Source of the DNA: Candidatus Melainabacteria bacterium
Lineage (GTDB): Bacteria; Cyanobacteriota; Vampirovibrionia; Obscuribacterales; Obscuribacteraceae
Length of the DNA: 32,000 nt
Reading direction: 5' to 3'
Assembly (NCBI GenBank): GCA_020854255.1
Contig: JADZFV010000392.1
Location: forward strand, 1,018 to 33,017
Notes under the pieces: generated by a model
Told to the model about the DNA's origin: nothing
What the model saw: the letters and a program-made list of their open reading frames with translations, nothing else
The model's database searches: none
Position numbers and translations under genes: made by a program
Shown: positions 28,119 through 32,000 of the stretch, one piece after another
Layout: each line of letters begins with the position of its first letter
Numbering within the stretch: position 1 is the first letter of the stretch

Positions 28119-29831
28119 TTGGATAGCGGCGTCAATAAAGAGGACACCAGGTCCGGTTATATGACTCCAGCGACAAGCGCCATTGTCGCAGCCAATATTG
28201 TCATGTTTGCGGTTATGGCTGTATTTACCGGGTCTCAAGCGATCACCGGACCGAACAATCAGACGCTGCTGGCCTTCGGCGCAGACATCGGTGTGCGGGC
28301 AATGAACGGTGAATACTGGCGTATCGTCAGCAACCTTTTCGTGCACATAGGGCTGCTTCATTGTTTTATGAACATGTGGATTTTCGCCGTAATGGGACCA
28401 AACGTCGAAAGGATTTACGGAACAGTAAAATTCACGCTTGCATATTTCTTTGCCGGAATCATCGCCTCACTGACCAGCATTTACATGAGCCCGCAGCAGA
28501 TTTCCGCAGGCGCATCGGGAGCGGTTTTCGGCGTATTCGGTTTGTGGTTCGGTTTTCTCGTAGCCAACAAGAGCATACTGCAAGAAAATTTCGTCAGGTC
28601 GAACATGAAGAGCGCTGTTGTGTTTTTGATCATGGTTTTGGCCAGTGGATTCATGCGCTCCGGCATCGATAATGCCGCCCATATTGGCGGGGTTTTTGCC
28701 GGCTTCCTGTGCGGTTTTTTGCTCTCCGCGCCCTTGCCTGGTCAAGCAATGTGGAGAAAAAAGGATTTCTTCGGAATTGTATTGATGATTGCAATCATAG
28801 CCGGCGCCTTTTACCTGTCATATGCAAAGACACATAAAGCGATCGCAGATCAATCAGTAGTTCTCTCTCCTCTTGACCTGAAAGAACCAACCGCCTGCTT
28901 GAAAAACAACAAGCCGCAAGAAGCGATGAAGGTGCTTAACGCTCTTTTGGCGAAACAGCCGAATAATCCGCAGGCTCACTATTTACGAGCACTTGCTTTT
29001 CTTCTGCTCAATGACGAAGAAAAGGCGCTTGCAGATGTAAACGAAACTCTGAAGATATTCCCGGAGATGCTGCCGGCCCTTCAATTCAAGGCGCAAAGAC
29101 TGATTAATCTGGCTCGCTTCAAAGAAGCCTTGACGACCGCCGATAAGGTTGTCGCCCTTGCTCCAAATGATAGCCTTGGCTATCAACTCCGCTCATCCAT
29201 ATACGACCGCCTGGACAATACAGCAAAGTGCCTGGATGACGCTAATGAAGCAGTCCGCCTTACACCTACCAACGCGAACGCTTACAGCACTCGCGGCTAT
29301 TCCTACATGAATTTAGGATTGGCCGACGATGCCGTCAAGGATTTTTCAAAAGCGATCGAGCTAGATCCGGGACTGGTGGGCGCTATGAGCGGACGAATGT
29401 TCGCGTATTTTATGCAATCCGACTACATTGCCTGCGACAAGCAATGTATGGAGATTCTCGCCAAAGTAGGAATGGGCGATCATTGCGCACCATATGCGGT
29501 GATGATGGCGGCGATTTGCCGCAAACAGCTCAGGCATCTACCAGAGAGAATTGCTTTACTAAATCAAGCCCTGCAAACATTGCCGGCCAAAACATGGCCT
29601 TTCCCAATTATTCAGTACATGAACGAGCAAATCATTTCAGAGTCGGTCTTTCAGCAAGCGACAGACAACGACAAAATGACGGAAGCAAAAACATACGTCG
29701 CGTTTGATTTGCTTGCGGACAACAAAGGCGCAGAAGCAAGCCCCATGATCATCTGGGTAAAAGAACATGGAAACAAAGCATTCAATGAATACGATCTGGT
29801 CAGCGCACTGCTTTTGAAGCTAAAGAAGTAG
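28119..29831 (+). CDS. Rhomboid family intramembrane serine protease fused to C-terminal TPR domain
   Basis: 'HIGLLHCFMNMWIF', catalytic 'GASGAVFGVFGLWFG', catalytic His in 'GIDNAAHIGGVFAGFLCGFLL', then TPR repeats ('ANAYSTRGYSYMNLGLADDAVKDFSKAIELDPG'). Start ambiguous: TTG 28119 or ATG 28161. Confidence 0.88.
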   Translation: MDSGVNKEDTRSGYMTPATSAIVAANIVMFAVMAVFTGSQAITGPNNQTLLAFGADIGVRAMNGEYWRIVSNLFVHIGLLHCFMNMWIFAVMGPNVERIYGTVKFTLAYFFAGIIASLTSIYMSPQQISAGASGAVFGVFGLWFGFLVANKSILQENFVRSNMKSAVVFLIMVLASGFMRSGIDNAAHIGGVFAGFLCGFLLSAPLPGQAMWRKKDFFGIVLMIAIIAGAFYLSYAKTHKAIADQSVVLSPLDLKEPTACLKNNKPQEAMKVLNALLAKQPNNPQAHYLRALAFLLLNDEEKALADVNETLKIFPEMLPALQFKAQRLINLARFKEALTTADKVVALAPNDSLGYQLRSSIYDRLDNTAKCLDDANEAVRLTPTNANAYSTRGYSYMNLGLADDAVKDFSKAIELDPGLVGAMSGRMFAYFMQSDYIACDKQCMEILAKVGMGDHCAPYAVMMAAICRKQLRHLPERIALLNQALQTLPAKTWPFPIIQYMNEQIISESVFQQATDNDKMTEAKTYVAFDLLADNKGAEASPMIIWVKEHGNKAFNEYDLVSALLLKLKK

Positions 29832-29898
29832 CGGCGCCAGTGCTGGTTTAAAGGTTTAATGTCAAGCATTTGAACTTTTTTCCCGCAAATTACGTTTT

Positions 29899-29932
29899 TA
29901 CAATTGTGAGGCTTTGAAGTCTCACAATTGTA
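29899..29932. promoter_or_regulatory. Perfect 12-bp inverted repeat (operator or leader hairpin)
   Basis: TACAATTGTGAG (29899-29910) - GCTTTGAAGT - CTCACAATTGTA (29921-29932). The 10-nt spacer can itself pair (G.T, C-G, T-A, T-A). Confidence 0.65.
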
Positions 29933-29958
29933 GTCAGACTTTCATAAGGAGATTACCT

Positions 29959-30216
29959 ATGAAACGCACAACCAAAAAGTCTCTGGTCTTCGCAACCGCT
30001 CTCGCCATCCTATTTTTCGGCGCCCCCGGAGCCCAGGCGGGCGGCATCCACGACGTTCGCACAAGACGTTCCAACGATTCGCCGGCAAGGAAATTTTCCG
30101 GCACACAGCCAAATAAAAAGTTCATCGCTCACAAAAGGAGGAAATCATTCAAAAGCAGGCAGTCAAAAGATCGCACAACAAACAGCTTTCCGATGATCAT
30201 GGGGAAAGGTGCATAA
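29959..30216 (+). CDS. Small basic secreted protein, 85 aa
   Basis: ATG with AAGGAG upstream. Signal peptide MKRTTKKSLVFATALAILFFGAPGAQA, then a 58-aa mature part with 16 K/R and 3 D/E. Confidence 0.65.
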   Translation: MKRTTKKSLVFATALAILFFGAPGAQAGGIHDVRTRRSNDSPARKFSGTQPNKKFIAHKRRKSFKSRQSKDRTTNSFPMIMGKGA

Positions 30217-30243
30217 TCATTCTTCAGAACATACCGAACAGTC

Positions 30244-30308
30244 GATCTGAAAAGCAGATCTGAAAAACCGATCTAAAATCGGAATTGAGAAGCCGAATTG
30301 AGAGCCCC
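30244..30308 (+). repeat. Intergenic 13-nt-period tandem array (3 + 2 units)
   Basis: gatctgaaaagca / gatctgaaaaacc / gatctaaaatcgg / aattgagaagccg / aattgagagcccc, five consecutive 13-nt units. Confidence 0.6.
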
Positions 30309-30327
30309 AACTGCGCGCAGTTTTTTT
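30309..30327 (+). terminator. Possible terminator of the small secreted peptide gene
   Basis: Palindrome AACTGCGCGCAGTT followed by T-run (7 T, 30321-30327). The stem is short, so this is tentative. Confidence 0.45.
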
Positions 30328-30335
30328 CACCTATA

Positions 30336-31073
30336 TTATTCGTACAGGTGCTGAGCAAGCCATTTGTTGAAACTTTTGTGCTGCAAATCCATGAAATTGT
30401 GTCCGCTCCATTCATAGATTTTCAAGGTCGAAGTTGGAAGAGCTTTGTGGATGTGCTCAACATAGACACAGGGCGCCACCGGATCAAATCTGCCCACCGA
30501 CAGGTGAACCGGACATGACACGTTGATCTGGCGGTCGACAAAATTTACGTCCTCAAAATTTTCGACAATTTGCTCTAGCGTGTGCACCTTTGTTTCCAAC
30601 AAAGTGCGCTCGCGCCAGGGAAGCCTGTGCCGTATTTCCAGAGACTGCAGTCTCGGAAAAGCACCTTTGAGAAACCAGCGAAAGGCTACTCCCATATGTT
30701 TTGGCACACGTCCTGGCAAGGAAGCCGCAAAAACACGTTGAACCATTTCAGGATGCCTCTCGGCGATTGTCACCGAAAGAATCGAACCAAGTGAATGTCC
30801 GATGAAAACAATCGGGTAATCAAGATCGAGCGTTTGCAGCGTCTCCATCACGTCGGCAATATGAACCTCCAGATCGGTCGTATCAAGCGGTTCTTCACTC
30901 AATCCGTGCCCGCGCAAATCAAGCGCATACGCGCGGTGACCGCGCTTGTGCAAAAACTCCAGTTGCTTATTCCACATCTCCCCGTTTGAGCCGGTGCCGT
31001 GGATCAAAACCACGTCAGGATGCGACTCTGTGTGAATGAAATCGGACTCAAATGTTCGAACATGCAGCTTCAT
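30336..31073 (-). CDS. Alpha/beta hydrolase
   Basis: 'VVLIHGTGSNGEMWNKQLEFL', 'ALDLRGHGLSE', nucleophile elbow 'VFIGHSLGS', 'VGRFDPVAP', 'EWSGHNFM'. Confidence 0.9.
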   Translation of the reverse strand: MKLHVRTFESDFIHTESHPDVVLIHGTGSNGEMWNKQLEFLHKRGHRAYALDLRGHGLSEEPLDTTDLEVHIADVMETLQTLDLDYPIVFIGHSLGSILSVTIAERHPEMVQRVFAASLPGRVPKHMGVAFRWFLKGAFPRLQSLEIRHRLPWRERTLLETKVHTLEQIVENFEDVNFVDRQINVSCPVHLSVGRFDPVAPCVYVEHIHKALPTSTLKIYEWSGHNFMDLQHKSFNKWLAQHLYE

Positions 31074-31082
31074 CTGATTGGA

Positions 31083-32000
31083 CTATGTTGTCTGTCCTTG
31101 CGAAATGTCCGGAATTGCATGTTTGACCTTTTCCACACGCACTGCATCTCTAATGCTGCCCGAGGCCGGATCGAACACCGGCGAGAAAGACGGATCGCAA
31201 AAACCCAGGATCATTCTGGCAATATCGTAGACCGCTTCTGTTCGGTCCAGACTGTAACGAGTCGGCAACTTGTAATGATCTCTGTCTGCAATCGGCGTGA
31301 AATTCTCGACAATCTCGAGAATCTCTTCCGGGTTCTCGACTTTGTAAGCCAAATTTTCCTTGACGAGAAGCTGAACAGTACCTAATTCCTGAGGCATCGG
31401 GTGGGTAATGGTGTCAAAAACCAGGGGCAATTTTTTCGAAATTGCCTCGAAAGTGGTCAGACCACCGGCTTTGGTCACCATTAAGTCAACATGCGACATG
31501 ATGTCGGCCATTCGATCGTAGTAAGGCATAACGGCAGTCGGAATTGGATTGGTGGCGGCAGCGTTTTTTGCTTTGTTGTACAGCTCTTCGTTGCGCCCGC
31601 ACAGGAAAATTATCTGGATGTTTCTCTTGGTCCTGCCGAGTTGATGATACATGTCCAGCATGTTTCCACCGCCTGCCCAGCCGGAATTCAGAAATATGGT
31701 TGTCCGCTCGCCATCCAGTCCGAGTGACTCCATGAATTGCTTGCGCGTCGTGGCAGGCGGCTTCAAAAATTGAGGATTTACAGGCATTCCGACGATACGA
31801 ATCTTCTCTGCCGGCACGCCCCATTCCACTAATTGCTGTTTGGACAGAGAATTAGGCACTACGGTCAAAGCCGCATCCGGGCAAGCCCAGCCGCGCCAGA
31901 AATTGCCGTTGGGGTCGGTGACTACGGTAAGAAGCTTGACCTTGTCTGTAAGCTCGAGGTCTTTGAGAACTCTTGCAACATATTGATTGGTCATTGGGTG
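31083..32000 (-). CDS. MGDG synthase / processive diacylglycerol glucosyltransferase-like glycosyltransferase (5' end outside window)
   Basis: 'FWRGWACPDAALTVVPNSLSKQQLVEWGVPAEKIRIVGMPVNPQF', 'NIQIIFLCGRNEELYNKAK', 'HVDLMVTKAGGLTTFEAISKKLPLVFD'. Frame is open to the window edge and the N-terminal domain is missing, so the listed Met is probably internal. Confidence 0.8.
   Translation of the reverse strand, partial: HPMTNQYVARVLKDLELTDKVKLLTVVTDPNGNFWRGWACPDAALTVVPNSLSKQQLVEWGVPAEKIRIVGMPVNPQFLKPPATTRKQFMESLGLDGERTTIFLNSGWAGGGNMLDMYHQLGRTKRNIQIIFLCGRNEELYNKAKNAAATNPIPTAVMPYYDRMADIMSHVDLMVTKAGGLTTFEAISKKLPLVFDTITHPMPQELGTVQLLVKENLAYKVENPEEILEIVENFTPIADRDHYKLPTRYSLDRTEAVYDIARMILGFCDPSFSPVFDPASGSIRDAVRVEKVKHAIPDISQGQTT

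Noticed and set aside
29899-29932. Reading the palindrome as a CRP/FNR site or a terminator
   Set aside because: The half-site spacing is 12 rather than 6, there is no TTGAT-type half-site for FNR, and no T-run follows.
1-32000. Search for a defence island, prophage, BGC or transposon
   Set aside because: No integrase, transposase, restriction/Cas/toxin-antitoxin proteins, NRPS/PKS modules or flanking repeats/tRNA were seen. Content is housekeeping plus envelope/TPR genes.

Overview
This 32 kb window reads as an ordinary, densely coded bacterial chromosomal region. I see no CRISPR array, integrase/transposase, phage module, rRNA or tRNA. About 23 coding regions can be supported. Recognisable genes: 5'-nucleotidase C-terminal part (cut by the left edge), class II fumarase/aspartase-superfamily protein, type II thymidine kinase, acetyl-CoA acetyltransferase, alanine dehydrogenase, SRPBCC/SDR fusion, photolyase, TspO, MutS, roadblock/LC7 protein, SLH-domain protein, UppS, membrane 'spermidine synthase-like' methyltransferase-fold protein, YqeG-type HAD phosphatase, rhomboid-TPR fusion, alpha/beta hydrolase and an MGDG-synthase-like glycosyltransferase (cut by the right edge). 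Five of the proteins are TPR-type. No clear multi-gene novel system was found. The most useful observations are: (1) a 5'-truncated exonuclease III remnant abutting the ald terminator, in which the catalytic Asp of GSDH is Ala; (2) an aspartase/fumarase homologue whose GSSxMPxKxNP catalytic loop is replaced by an unrelated, longer segment; (3) a 12-bp-arm perfect inverted repeat just upstream of a very basic 85-aa secreted peptide, followed by an unusual 13-nt-period array; (4) an SRPBCC/SDR fusion whose Rossmann glycine motif has eroded; and (5) several unusual domain fusions. The genome is plausibly from a non-photosynthetic cyanobacterial relative (Melainabacteria/Vampirovibrionia-like), but that assignment is inference only.
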